The notes beneath the pieces were generated by a model. It was given only the letters and a program-made list of their open reading frames with translations, was not told the origin of the DNA and made no database searches. This document shows positions 1 through 8,473 of a stretch of 64,000 bases of DNA, piece by piece; the first letter of the stretch is position 1; each line of letters begins with the position of its first letter. The stretch is taken from the sequence record PQ287320.1; one strand, given 5' to 3'. The translations under genes and the position numbers were made by a program.

Positions 1-232
1 GGAGGACTGGTCCACTGGCGAGCAGGCTGTTGTTGGCGTCCTTGGCGACGACGATCCGACCCTTGACGTAGTGACGCAGGGCTTTCCAGGCGCCGGCCTC
101 GGTCGGCCACATCTGGGGCGGCTCCTTCTCGGCCGGCTCGGCGTGGGCGAGGCACATGGAACGCTCCCGCCAACGCTTGGCCTGCGGGAGGTACCAGCCG
201 GTCTTCTTCTGGCGGATGCCGTAGAAGATCAT
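1..232 (-). CDS. hypothetical protein (runs off the window edge)
   Basis: ATG at 232 overlaps the ligase stop (ATGA); reads MIFYGIRQKKTGWYLPQAKRW, open to position 1. Confidence 0.7.
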   Translation of the reverse strand, partial: MIFYGIRQKKTGWYLPQAKRWRERSMCLAHAEPAEKEPPQMWPTEAGAWKALRHYVKGRIVVAKDANNSLLASGPVL

Positions 233-1284
233 TGCCGCCCCAGGGAGGCGAAGAGTTCCCGCAGGAGGATGACGCGGGTCTGGTCCATGTCGTCGGGATC
301 GCGGATGCCCTCGAACACCCCGTGGCGCGGGAGTTCGTAGTCGCCGGCCAGGGCGTAGCTCATCTTGACGAACTGCCCGATCGGCGGGTTCTCGTAGAAC
401 TCGGCCTTCTGCTTGGCGTTGAGCCCCGAGGCGACTCTGGCGAGCTTGCCCGGCCATTCGGGGAACGCCACCAGGAGGCCGCCGGCGATCCCCTTGGCGA
501 CCTTGCCGGCCTTGTGGGTCGAGCGCTTGGTGTAGCCGCGCTCGTCGATCGTGGCCGCGTTGGTGTTGGCCTTCTCCTCGTAGACCCCGACGCAGACGCC
601 CTCCAGGTCGGCCTTGTCCTTGGCCTTGACATAGTAGCCCTCCAGCACCGTCGAGCGGTTGGGCTTGTAGGGGCCGTCGATCGCCGAGAAGATCAGGCCT
701 TCGTCCTCGTTGGCCAGCGCCTCCAGGTACATCGCCATGGCTTCCTCGGCGTTGTTCAGCAGACGATGCTCCAGGAGGATCGCCCACGGCGGAAGGTCCA
801 TCTCCAGGCTTCGCAGGGCCGACAGGCGCTCGCCCTTGCCACCCGGCGCCAGGAAGTGGTCGAAGACGTAGAAGCGGATGTCCGGCTCGCCTTCCTGGGT
901 CATCACCGCCGAGGTCGAGCCCCGGAAGTTCAGCTTGCCGTCGGTGAGGATGCCGATCTCGCCGTCCAGGCCGTGAGGCAGGGTTGACAGGAGCCTGCGG
1001 ACGTGGAGGTTGGGAATGTACTTGAGCGACCGGGTGATCGCGTGCCCGACCATGTCGGCGTGATCGCGCTCGACGACCCAGCCGGCCTCGGTGTGGGTGA
1101 AGGCGTGTTCGATCAGGTCAGGGTGGACCGGCGAGACGGCGGCCCGCACCCCGTCCTTCTTGAACGAGCCGTAGCACGGGAACTGGATGCGGGTGGCGAA
1201 CTCGCTCGGCTTGACCGAGTCGGTGTCGGCCAGGGCGATCCGGAACCGCTTGTAGGGCTTGAACGGCTTGGGCTTCTTGGTCAT
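229..1284 (-). CDS. lig: ATP-dependent DNA ligase
   Basis: KxDG motif (SFKKDGVRA), LDGEI, FYVFD, EGLI, KAK, C-terminal OB region; start MTKKPK at 1284 with ATGA overlap. Confidence 0.9.
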   Translation of the reverse strand: MTKKPKPFKPYKRFRIALADTDSVKPSEFATRIQFPCYGSFKKDGVRAAVSPVHPDLIEHAFTHTEAGWVVERDHADMVGHAITRSLKYIPNLHVRRLLSTLPHGLDGEIGILTDGKLNFRGSTSAVMTQEGEPDIRFYVFDHFLAPGGKGERLSALRSLEMDLPPWAILLEHRLLNNAEEAMAMYLEALANEDEGLIFSAIDGPYKPNRSTVLEGYYVKAKDKADLEGVCVGVYEEKANTNAATIDERGYTKRSTHKAGKVAKGIAGGLLVAFPEWPGKLARVASGLNAKQKAEFYENPPIGQFVKMSYALAGDYELPRHGVFEGIRDPDDMDQTRVILLRELFASLGRQ

Positions 1285-1733
1285 CGCAGCTTCCCCTCGA
1301 TGAGCTTGAGACCGGGTTGATCCCGATCCATCTGGTGGACGACATAGCGGTCGCCCTCGAACTCCACGCTGTAGACCGTCATGCCGGCCTCTAGGCACTG
1401 CATCCACATGTCCCGCGTCCCCGGCCCGCCGGGGAAGGCCACGCAGACGTCGGCGCGGCTCTCGACCCGCATGCGGGTGTTGCGGTTCTTGGGCGCGTCG
1501 TCGCCCTCGCCATCCAGCGCCGGGTCGACCTTGTAGACCTCGGTCGGAAAGCCCCACTTCTCGGCCCAGGCGCGTGAGAGCTTGTCGTAGCCCTCGGCGT
1601 CGCCGTCGACGAACACCGTCGTCCGGGGCCAGCGCAGCGCCGAGACCAGGGCCGAGAGGACGAGGCGCGGGGCCTGCTCGACGACACCGACCCGGCCGCC
1701 GCAGACCACCGCCTTGAAGACCTCAGGCTTCAT
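1281..1733 (-). CDS. SLOG-superfamily protein (YspA/DUF2493-like)
   Basis: VVCGGR, DGDAEGYD..RAWA, RNTRM, VAFPGGPGTRDM motifs. Confidence 0.8.
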   Translation of the reverse strand: MKPEVFKAVVCGGRVGVVEQAPRLVLSALVSALRWPRTTVFVDGDAEGYDKLSRAWAEKWGFPTEVYKVDPALDGEGDDAPKNRNTRMRVESRADVCVAFPGGPGTRDMWMQCLEAGMTVYSVEFEGDRYVVHQMDRDQPGLKLIEGKLR

Positions 1734-3303
1734 CGAAAATCTCCGGATCGAGGATGTCTTCTTCCATGTCGGTGTAGCCGCTGGTGCTGACCCCGCCGGT
1801 CTTGGAGACGTACTCCATGGCGATCTTGCGGTCGCTCCAGCCGTCATCCAGGTCATAGATGTGGTGGTGTCCGCGCCGCGTGCGCTCCAGGCCCAGCAGG
1901 TCGCCGTAGCGATCATAGCCGCCCTTATCGAGATCGCGCTCCTTGAGCATGGCCCTGAAGGCGTCGTAGCGGCCTTGCTGGATGGTCGCGGCCGTCTGGG
2001 CTTCGCGCAGGGCCTGGATCACCGGCTTGAACGAGGTCGCTCCGTCAGCGATCTCGGTCACCAGTTGCATCAGTTTGGTCAGGCGGGCGTCGGCCGGGTC
2101 GATCCCGTAGCGAGACGCTTTCTCCACCCCCAGCCATTCGCCGAAGATGGGGGCCGGCACGGTGTAGCAGGACCCGAACGTCGACCACGCACCCTCGTCC
2201 TGGTTCCAGGTCCACTGGACTTGGTTGACCATCGCCAGGACGCCGATGGGATCGTAGCGGTCCTTGGCGTCGCGCAAGACCCCGAAGCCGAACTTGGGAC
2301 CCGTCTCCAGGTGGGCGATCCAGTCGTTGACCAGCGCCATGTCCGGCCGCAGGCTCCGGAAGAGCCCGAAAATCCGCATGTCGACCTTGTGGGCGTGCCA
2401 GTTCTGACGCGCCTCGATGGTGGTGAGCCGACGATCGGCCCGCTCCCAGGCCTCGTAGTCCACGAACCGGTAATGGTCCGGCGCCCGGCTGTATGTGGTT
2501 TCCGCGTAGGGCGGGACGAAGTCATCGCGCCCGCCGATCTGGAACGGGTTGTGCTCGTGATAGTGACCGCTCTTCTGCTCGTAGATGTAGGTGCGGTCGT
2601 CCAGGCCGAACGCCTCGCCGATCTCGTAGAAGTCGTTGTAGTCGCGGCAGTCTTTCAGGATTTCGCCCGGCGGGGTGAAGAGCCCCGTCCACTCCCCGCG
2701 CGGCCCCCAGATGAAGAACGACGCCAGACGGTCGACCTCCTCGACGTTGGGCGGGGTGTCGGGGAGATAGGCCCAGTACGGCCGGCCCTGAGGAAGGAGC
2801 CGCTTGATCTGGTTCTCGTACATCGCTTCGGTGCGCCGAGCGCGGGAGCGGTAGTCGTAATCGCGCATGGACTTTCCGGAATAGTGGCCAATGTAGTGTT
2901 GAGCGAAGTCGCGATAGCTGGATCGGTCGATCGCCAGCATCTTCTTCAGCGTCGCCATGTCGAGATTGGCGAAGGGTTTGTTGGCGTCGGCGATCACCTG
3001 CGTCGTCATCGCCGCCGTCTTGCCCGTCTTGTCCAGGGCCGCGCGCAGGGCCGCCATCGCCTTGGAGACCTTCGGAGCCGGCGGCGGCGGGATGAGGACC
3101 GCCCGGTCGCGCTGCATGATCTTGTCCGCCACGATCTGCATGCCCGCGAGAGTCTGACCCTCCTGGAGGATCGCGGCCGAGAGGTCGGTCGGATGCAGGG
3201 GCGTAGACTTAAGGACCACCGGGAGCGCCGTGGCGGTCTTTCGCGGGACCATCGGCCACGACGGCGCCAGCGGGATGTCCAGGCAGAGGTTGTCCAGGAT
3301 CAT
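1723..3303 (-). CDS. hypothetical protein (~526 aa)
   Basis: long phage-codon-biased ORF; start placed just after the DUF1643 stop (uncertain). Confidence 0.65.
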   Translation of the reverse strand: MILDNLCLDIPLAPSWPMVPRKTATALPVVLKSTPLHPTDLSAAILQEGQTLAGMQIVADKIMQRDRAVLIPPPPAPKVSKAMAALRAALDKTGKTAAMTTQVIADANKPFANLDMATLKKMLAIDRSSYRDFAQHYIGHYSGKSMRDYDYRSRARRTEAMYENQIKRLLPQGRPYWAYLPDTPPNVEEVDRLASFFIWGPRGEWTGLFTPPGEILKDCRDYNDFYEIGEAFGLDDRTYIYEQKSGHYHEHNPFQIGGRDDFVPPYAETTYSRAPDHYRFVDYEAWERADRRLTTIEARQNWHAHKVDMRIFGLFRSLRPDMALVNDWIAHLETGPKFGFGVLRDAKDRYDPIGVLAMVNQVQWTWNQDEGAWSTFGSCYTVPAPIFGEWLGVEKASRYGIDPADARLTKLMQLVTEIADGATSFKPVIQALREAQTAATIQQGRYDAFRAMLKERDLDKGGYDRYGDLLGLERTRRGHHHIYDLDDGWSDRKIAMEYVSKTGGVSTSGYTDMEEDILDPEIFDEA

Positions 3304-3307
3304 AGGC

Positions 3308-3946
3308 TCAGGTGGAGCGGAGGGGAACAACGCTCTGGTCAGATCGCAGATAGAGCGGGTGTCGGGGGTGTCCGTCCTTGGTTTTCCCGAGGCACTTGAC
3401 GTCGAGCCCTGTGATTTCCGCTTGCTGGACCGCGCCATAATCCTGATCCTTGAACTCGCCATGCACGCCCCAGGCGGCGATCACGTCCGCGCCGGCGGTC
3501 ATGGCATACTCGAACACGTGCTGGAGGACGCGGGCGTTCATCGGCCCGATCGGGTCCTCGGCGGCCTTCATCTTCGCCGGTGAGGGCGAGCGGAAGGCGA
3601 AGAGGTTGGCGACGATGATCCCACCATAGTCGTCCCGCCGGCCAAAGCCCATGCAGCGGCGGATGGTCGGGTCGTCCTCTCGCGCCGTCGCCGTCGACGG
3701 GTTGAGCATCAGGAAGACCAGCAGGGGCTTTTCGGGGTCCCAGACCCGCATCAGGAGATAGCGAAAGGTCTCGCATCGCGACAGGAGCGCGGCCTTGATC
3801 ACGCCGTCCTCGACCACCGCATCACCATAGACCTCGGTCAGTTCGGGATCGAACACGGGCTCCAGCGAGGTCCCGTCCAGGACCTGGAGGAGGCTCTTCC
3901 AGGAGGCCTCGACCAGTTCGGCGGCGATCGGAGGGGGTGTCGTCAT
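3308..3946 (-). CDS. DUF1643 family protein
   Basis: YRY-like FRYLLMRVW, FLMLNPSTA, DDPTIRRC, NLFAFRS, AAWG, GHPRHPLY. Confidence 0.85.
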   Translation of the reverse strand: MTTPPPIAAELVEASWKSLLQVLDGTSLEPVFDPELTEVYGDAVVEDGVIKAALLSRCETFRYLLMRVWDPEKPLLVFLMLNPSTATAREDDPTIRRCMGFGRRDDYGGIIVANLFAFRSPSPAKMKAAEDPIGPMNARVLQHVFEYAMTAGADVIAAWGVHGEFKDQDYGAVQQAEITGLDVKCLGKTKDGHPRHPLYLRSDQSVVPLRST

Positions 3947-3982
3947 TCCTGACATTTGCCCCGAGTCCAAGGCGTTTGTCAA
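3947..3982 (-). promoter_or_regulatory. sigma70-type promoter, probably leaderless
   Basis: TTGACA-N18-CAAATG-N6-ATG; GAGTC in spacer. Confidence 0.6.
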
Positions 3983-3991
3983 CGCTTGGAA

Positions 3992-4206
3992 TCAAAAGGG
4001 CCGCCCCTAAGCGAGCGGCCCTTTCTCGACCTTGTCAGACTTCGCCATTTCCGAACCGCGACGGATCGCGGCGACCACCATGGAGTCTGACCTTGTAGCG
4101 CCTTGAACGCTTGCCCCACGCCGCCGGGGTCTTCGGAGCACCGGCGGGCTGGTCTAACGGGCGGCAGGATCGTGCGGTGGTCGTTGGTCTCTCATGCCTA
4201 AGAAAC
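3992..4206 (-). ncRNA. candidate structured small RNA
   Basis: own promoter and terminator; nested stems GTCAGACT/AGTCTGAC, CCAT/ATGG, CCGCGA/TCGCGG, CCGCCGG/CCGGCGG; no convincing ORF with SD. Confidence 0.4.
3994..4024 (-). terminator. intrinsic terminator
   Basis: AAAGGGCCGC/GCGGCCCTTT stem followed by TTTT on the minus strand. Confidence 0.75.
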
Positions 4207-4241
4207 GCGGCGACCTTAGGAGCCGCCGCGATCGCCGTCAA
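4207..4241 (-). promoter_or_regulatory. sigma70-type promoter
   Basis: TTGACG (4241-4236)-N17-TAAGGT (4218-4213). Confidence 0.55.
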
Positions 4242-4609
4242 TCCCCTGCGTAGCTCTCGACGGCGGCCTTCATGGCGGCCCGCATCTCCGGCGGCGGGAC
4301 GTCGAGCAGGCCCAGGCTCTTGCTCCGCCGCCAGATCGCCAGATCGGCCTCCAGGAGGTGGAGCACGAAGGCCCGCAGGTCGCTGACGGGGTCTGGACTG
4401 TCGCCGAACACCAGCGGGATCGCGCGCGCCGTGGGGACGTGGATCACCCGGCCGTCATCCGTGTACGCGAGAACGTTGTCGATGACGGTAGCGCGCTTTT
4501 TGGCGGGGCTGAGCGTCGGCCGTCCGTTTTGGAACTCGCTCACCTGGATCAGCGCCCGACGCTCGTCCAGAATGGTCGCTCCTTTCGAACTCCTCTTGAT
4601 CGTGGGCAC
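4238..4609 (-). CDS. hypothetical protein (start uncertain)
   Basis: ORF track; true start may be GTG at 4543. Confidence 0.5.
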   Translation of the reverse strand: MPTIKRSSKGATILDERRALIQVSEFQNGRPTLSPAKKRATVIDNVLAYTDDGRVIHVPTARAIPLVFGDSPDPVSDLRAFVLHLLEADLAIWRRSKSLGLLDVPPPEMRAAMKAAVESYAGD

Positions 4610-4832
4610 GGCTGTACTCCAGGAGCCGGCGGAGGCTTTTCATGTCGCCGTCGGCCATCTTGTAGAGACGCACGAAGGCGTCGTAGTCATATTCGTTGAT
4701 CAGATCGCGATAGGCTCGGGGGAGCTTGTCGATCGTCTTGAACATCCGCTGGCGGAACTGCTGCTGGGCGATCCGGGCCTTCCAGATCGCCCGCACCTTC
4801 TTGAGCCGCCGGCGCCTCCGCAGACGCTGCAT
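4455..4832 (-). CDS. hypothetical basic protein (end uncertain)
   Basis: MQRLRRRRRLKK, TGATG coupling to the upstream gene; possible frameshift near 4606. Confidence 0.5.
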   Translation of the reverse strand: MQRLRRRRRLKKVRAIWKARIAQQQFRQRMFKTIDKLPRAYRDLINEYDYDAFVRLYKMADGDMKSLRRLLEYSRAHDQEEFERSDHSGRASGADPGERVPKRTADAQPRQKARYRHRQRSRVHG

Positions 4833-5341
4833 CAGGCGGCCGTGGCGAACCAGTCCTCGCGATCGTCGGCATAGAGCACCGTGGCGAGCGGTCCGGTCCC
4901 GATGTCGCACTTGGCGGCGGCCTCGACCGCCTGGGCGGCCGTGGCGCCCATGTGGAGCGCCCCCATCGCCGACCACGTTCCCGAGCCGAAGGCGTAGAAC
5001 GGCGCCCGGAGGTGGTAGACCGGAGCCCCGCTCTCGAACCGCAGACACACCCCGTCCGGCAGGATGATGTAGCCGTTGGTCTCCTTCTCGGGCTTTTCCG
5101 GCCGCCCCATGTCGCAGTAGGTCCCGCGCCCGCCGTCGGCCAGCCATTTGTCGAAGTCTTCGGAACGGACCCAGTCGTTGAAGATTTGGACGTAGGCCGA
5201 TTCGCCCGCCGCGCCGAACAGAAGGGTCCCGCCGGGTCCCTTGCGCTTGCCGATCTTCGGCACGTCGCCGCACGGGGTCCACAGATCGAGCACCCGCGCG
5301 TCGGCGGCCAAGGCTCCGTCGCGATAGACGATACACGTCAT
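4832..5341 (-). CDS. Ntn-hydrolase / HslV-proteasome-like peptidase
   Basis: N-terminal MTCI..AAD, GSG motif (AFGSGTWSAMGAL), AVEAAAKCDIGTG; SD GGAG. Confidence 0.65.
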   Translation of the reverse strand: MTCIVYRDGALAADARVLDLWTPCGDVPKIGKRKGPGGTLLFGAAGESAYVQIFNDWVRSEDFDKWLADGGRGTYCDMGRPEKPEKETNGYIILPDGVCLRFESGAPVYHLRAPFYAFGSGTWSAMGALHMGATAAQAVEAAAKCDIGTGPLATVLYADDREDWFATAA

Positions 5342-5372
5342 ACGTCCAAACTCCTACTGATCGACTGATGGT

Positions 5373-6065
5373 TTAGCGAGGGGCCTTGGGGAGGCGCGCG
5401 GCGGCCGGGTTCTTCAGCGAGCCGGTGGTCGGCCGGGCATCGAGGCGTCCCTTGCGCGGCTTGTAGCCTTCCGGGAGCAGCGGCGTGCGCGAGGTCCCCG
5501 AAGCGCGGGTCCGCTCGGCCGCGACGTCCTCGCCCCCGATCCCCTGGACCTTGGCCTCGTCGATCAGCTTGTCCTTGCGGTTGGTCTGCGGGGCGTTGGT
5601 CGACGACATGTCGCCGGTGCGGTTGGCGGCGGCGATGCGCTTGCCAAGATCAAGCAGGGCGTTGGCGAAGGCCGACAGGACCGCCAGGGCCGGGTCTTCG
5701 TGCGGCTGGGTCGACCAGCCGGCGAAGCCGACCTCCTGGTACTTGCCCGAGATGCGGACCGACGTCAGCTTGGTGGTCTTCTTGTTGAAGAGCCCGCCCT
5801 TGACCTCGTCCTTGTAGCTGACGTCGACGCGCGCGCCCGGCGCGATCGATTCCAGCGCCCGGAGGGTCTGGTTATGATCGCCCGTGAAATGGCCGGTCCC
5901 GACCTTGTAGTCGAAGCCCGCCAGCACCCGATCGATGGCTTGGTTGACGACCGCCGTCTCCAGGTAGGTCTTGTGGTCCTGTCGGATCAGGTTGTCGACC
6001 TGATCGGCCGCGTTCTGGATCGCGACGATGTTGATCGGCGTGGGGGCGGCTTTTCGCGTGGCCAT
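5373..6065 (-). CDS. hypothetical protein
   Basis: 230-aa ORF, SD GGAG, phage codon bias. Confidence 0.7.
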   Translation of the reverse strand: MATRKAAPTPINIVAIQNAADQVDNLIRQDHKTYLETAVVNQAIDRVLAGFDYKVGTGHFTGDHNQTLRALESIAPGARVDVSYKDEVKGGLFNKKTTKLTSVRISGKYQEVGFAGWSTQPHEDPALAVLSAFANALLDLGKRIAAANRTGDMSSTNAPQTNRKDKLIDEAKVQGIGGEDVAAERTRASGTSRTPLLPEGYKPRKGRLDARPTTGSLKNPAAARLPKAPR

Positions 6066-6074
6066 GGGGCGCTC

Positions 6075-6611
6075 CTAGATTTCCCCGTCGATCTGACGGG
6101 CGCGTTGGGTGTTGCCGTAGCGGTAGTTGTTCCAGTGGTCCATCTTGACGAACTTCCCGCCAACGGTGCGTTGGACGAAAACCCCGTCCGGGGAGACCAG
6201 CCCGTGTTTCTCATCCGCCTCGTTGATCATGCGGAAGAACTCGGCCTGCCAGGGGACCGGCATCTCCTGGAGCGACATGCGCGGCAGGCAGAGCCAGGAG
6301 GCGTAGGTCAGGCCGAAGAAGAAGCTCGACGGCGTGTCGGCCATGGGGACGTCGCCGGCGTAGTGAATCACCTGCCCCGTCTCCGGATCGCGGGTCGAGT
6401 GGGTCCAGGCCGCCCACATCTCCCGCCGCGAGGCCTCGGCGTCGGCCTGTCCGCGAAGGATCGCCTGGACGTCGGGCGTATAGCCCGAGAAGGCGGTGGT
6501 GTCGTTCTCGTCCAGGCAGTCGGCCAGGGCGGCGTGGAGCGCCGCGCGCAGCTTGTCCTCGGTCAGGGTCGGATCGGCGGCGATCGCCGCGACGCGGTCA
6601 CGGAAGGTCAT
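6075..6611 (-). CDS. hypothetical protein
   Basis: 178-aa ORF, ATGA overlap. Confidence 0.7.
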   Translation of the reverse strand: MTFRDRVAAIAADPTLTEDKLRAALHAALADCLDENDTTAFSGYTPDVQAILRGQADAEASRREMWAAWTHSTRDPETGQVIHYAGDVPMADTPSSFFFGLTYASWLCLPRMSLQEMPVPWQAEFFRMINEADEKHGLVSPDGVFVQRTVGGKFVKMDHWNNYRYGNTQRARQIDGEI

Positions 6612-7035
6612 TGGCAGACGTCCTTGGGATTGACCGCGCCGACGCGCGACATGTAGGTGCTGGGCTCCCAGTCGGCCGGCCGGTTGCCGGTGTCATAGTA
6701 GGCGCCGTCGCTGCGGACTCCGTCGACACCGCCATTGCTGGCGACCTTGCCAGGGTTGGTGTAGGACGACAGCCAGAGCCGGCCATCGACGCCCCGCAGG
6801 ACGAAGAGACGGCTCTGGCGACAGACCTTGACGACCTCCATCCGCCACGCGTAGTTGACACGCGCCTTCTTGGCGGCCTCGTCCCGCAACCACTGCTCAT
6901 GGCCCGGCGCGCCCAGCGGGCCTTCTTGACCAGGAGGTCTTTGTGCTCCTGCGACCAGAGGGGGTGGTTGTACTCGTCGCACGCCGAGAGGCTAAGCCCG
7001 GCGGCGACGAGCAGGACAAGAGCGCCGCGTCGCAT
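6608..7035 (-). CDS. putative lipoprotein (apparent 1-nt deletion at ~6913)
   Basis: MRRGALVLLVAAGLSLSA-C lipobox; joins the 6608-6982 frame if one G is restored. Confidence 0.6.
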
Positions 7036-8465
7036 CAGGCGATCTCGTAGCCGGCCGCGACGCGCTCGCGGATTTGGTCCAGCGTCGCCGGCGCCAGCAC
7101 CTTGCCGGTGTTGAAGACCTCGTCCAGCAGGTCGTGCTCGACGACGTCGCCCTCGTGGACCGTGATGGTCTCGAAACGGCCGTCCTCGGTCGTCACCAGG
7201 GCGAGCTTGCCCTTCTTGGAGACCTTGCCCGGATCGGTGATCGGGTCCTTGTAGATGTCGACCCACTCGCCGTTGATCTCCTGGGCCGAGGACTTCATCG
7301 CCCACTTGTTGGTGTCGCGGTCGAGGTCGCCCGTCGCCAGTCCGCCGCCGGCCGCCGTAATGACGCTGTCGGGGGCGATGCCGATCTCGCGCGCCAGGAT
7401 GAACGGGTCCATGTGGGTCCGTTCGTTCATGCCGTCGCCCTGGAGGACCTTGGCGCCCAGGTTCAGGACGTCCAGGCCCTTGCTGTTGCGCTGGGTCCCG
7501 AAGCCCTCGGCCAGGGTCTTGTAGACCGGCGGAAGGACGTCGCGCAGGTCACCGGAGTCGGGGCGGCAGACCGGGATCAGGCCCTTGTTGGCGATCAGGT
7601 CCTTGCGCTCGGTCAGCTTGCCGGCGAAGCGGAAGATGTTCCAGGTGTCGCCCACCAGCGAGACGATCGACCCCGGAGGCGCCTTGTTCAGGCAGTGGTC
7701 GATGTAGTCGTCGTCGTTGTCGCGGCCGAACGCGCACGAGATCGAGTGCTCCGAGGCCAGGACCGAATAGCCCGACATTTCGCTGAAGTAGTTGATGTTC
7801 GCCGCGCGCACGGCCGGGACGTTGTCCGAGCCCTGGAAGTGGTAGAGATGGGCGATGCCGGCCAGGACCGAGTGATCATAGCCCATGGTGCCGCGCGAGG
7901 AGAAGTCGAGGAAGGCGAACGGCGACATCGGGGTGTCGCTGTTGGCGTCCCAGAAGGTCTTGATCCGCGAGGCGATGCCGTTGACACGCGCGGCGATCGA
8001 GGCCGCCGTCCAGACGTCGCGCAGGATCATGGTCTCGAAGTACGAGGTCAGCCACGGCATGCGCGGGTCGAGGTTCTCGACGCTGATCAAGGCGTTCTTG
8101 ATCGGGATCATCAGGCCCTCGGGGACGGCCTTGATCCGCAGCGGAAGGTAGCCGCCGTACTCGTTCAGGATGATCTCCCAGCCGTCGCGGTTGAACGGCA
8201 GGCCGTGCGCCGGCACGAAGGCGGCCATCTCCTCGATGTCGCCGCGCGTGATCGGTTTGCCGAGCTTCTGGAAGAGCAGGCGCTGGAAGGCGGCCAGCAT
8301 CACCTTGGGATAGCGCCCGCCCCGGCTTTCGATGTAGCTGTAGACCGTCGTGCAGCCGTCGCGATAGAGCACCCAGTGCCCCAGCTTGTAGCTGTCGGTG
8401 TCGGCGATCAGGTTGTAGGTCTCGACGGGAGGCGTCCCGTCCCATTTGGTGATGTCGAAGGTCAT
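7035..8465 (-). CDS. nadV: nicotinamide phosphoribosyltransferase (NAMPT)
   Basis: DTDSYKLGH, DFSSRG, ASEHS, GDTWN, RPDSGD, LQGDG, RDT, KDPITDPGKVSKKG. Confidence 0.93.
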   Translation of the reverse strand: MTFDITKWDGTPPVETYNLIADTDSYKLGHWVLYRDGCTTVYSYIESRGGRYPKVMLAAFQRLLFQKLGKPITRGDIEEMAAFVPAHGLPFNRDGWEIILNEYGGYLPLRIKAVPEGLMIPIKNALISVENLDPRMPWLTSYFETMILRDVWTAASIAARVNGIASRIKTFWDANSDTPMSPFAFLDFSSRGTMGYDHSVLAGIAHLYHFQGSDNVPAVRAANINYFSEMSGYSVLASEHSISCAFGRDNDDDYIDHCLNKAPPGSIVSLVGDTWNIFRFAGKLTERKDLIANKGLIPVCRPDSGDLRDVLPPVYKTLAEGFGTQRNSKGLDVLNLGAKVLQGDGMNERTHMDPFILAREIGIAPDSVITAAGGGLATGDLDRDTNKWAMKSSAQEINGEWVDIYKDPITDPGKVSKKGKLALVTTEDGRFETITVHEGDVVEHDLLDEVFNTGKVLAPATLDQIRERVAAGYEIA

Positions 8466-8473
8466 GTGTCCCC

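Noticed and set aside
4035-4241. 68-aa TTG-start ORF
   Set aside because: Its TTG is the -35 hexamer, it has no SD, and its composition is unlike neighbouring genes; treated as a candidate ncRNA region instead
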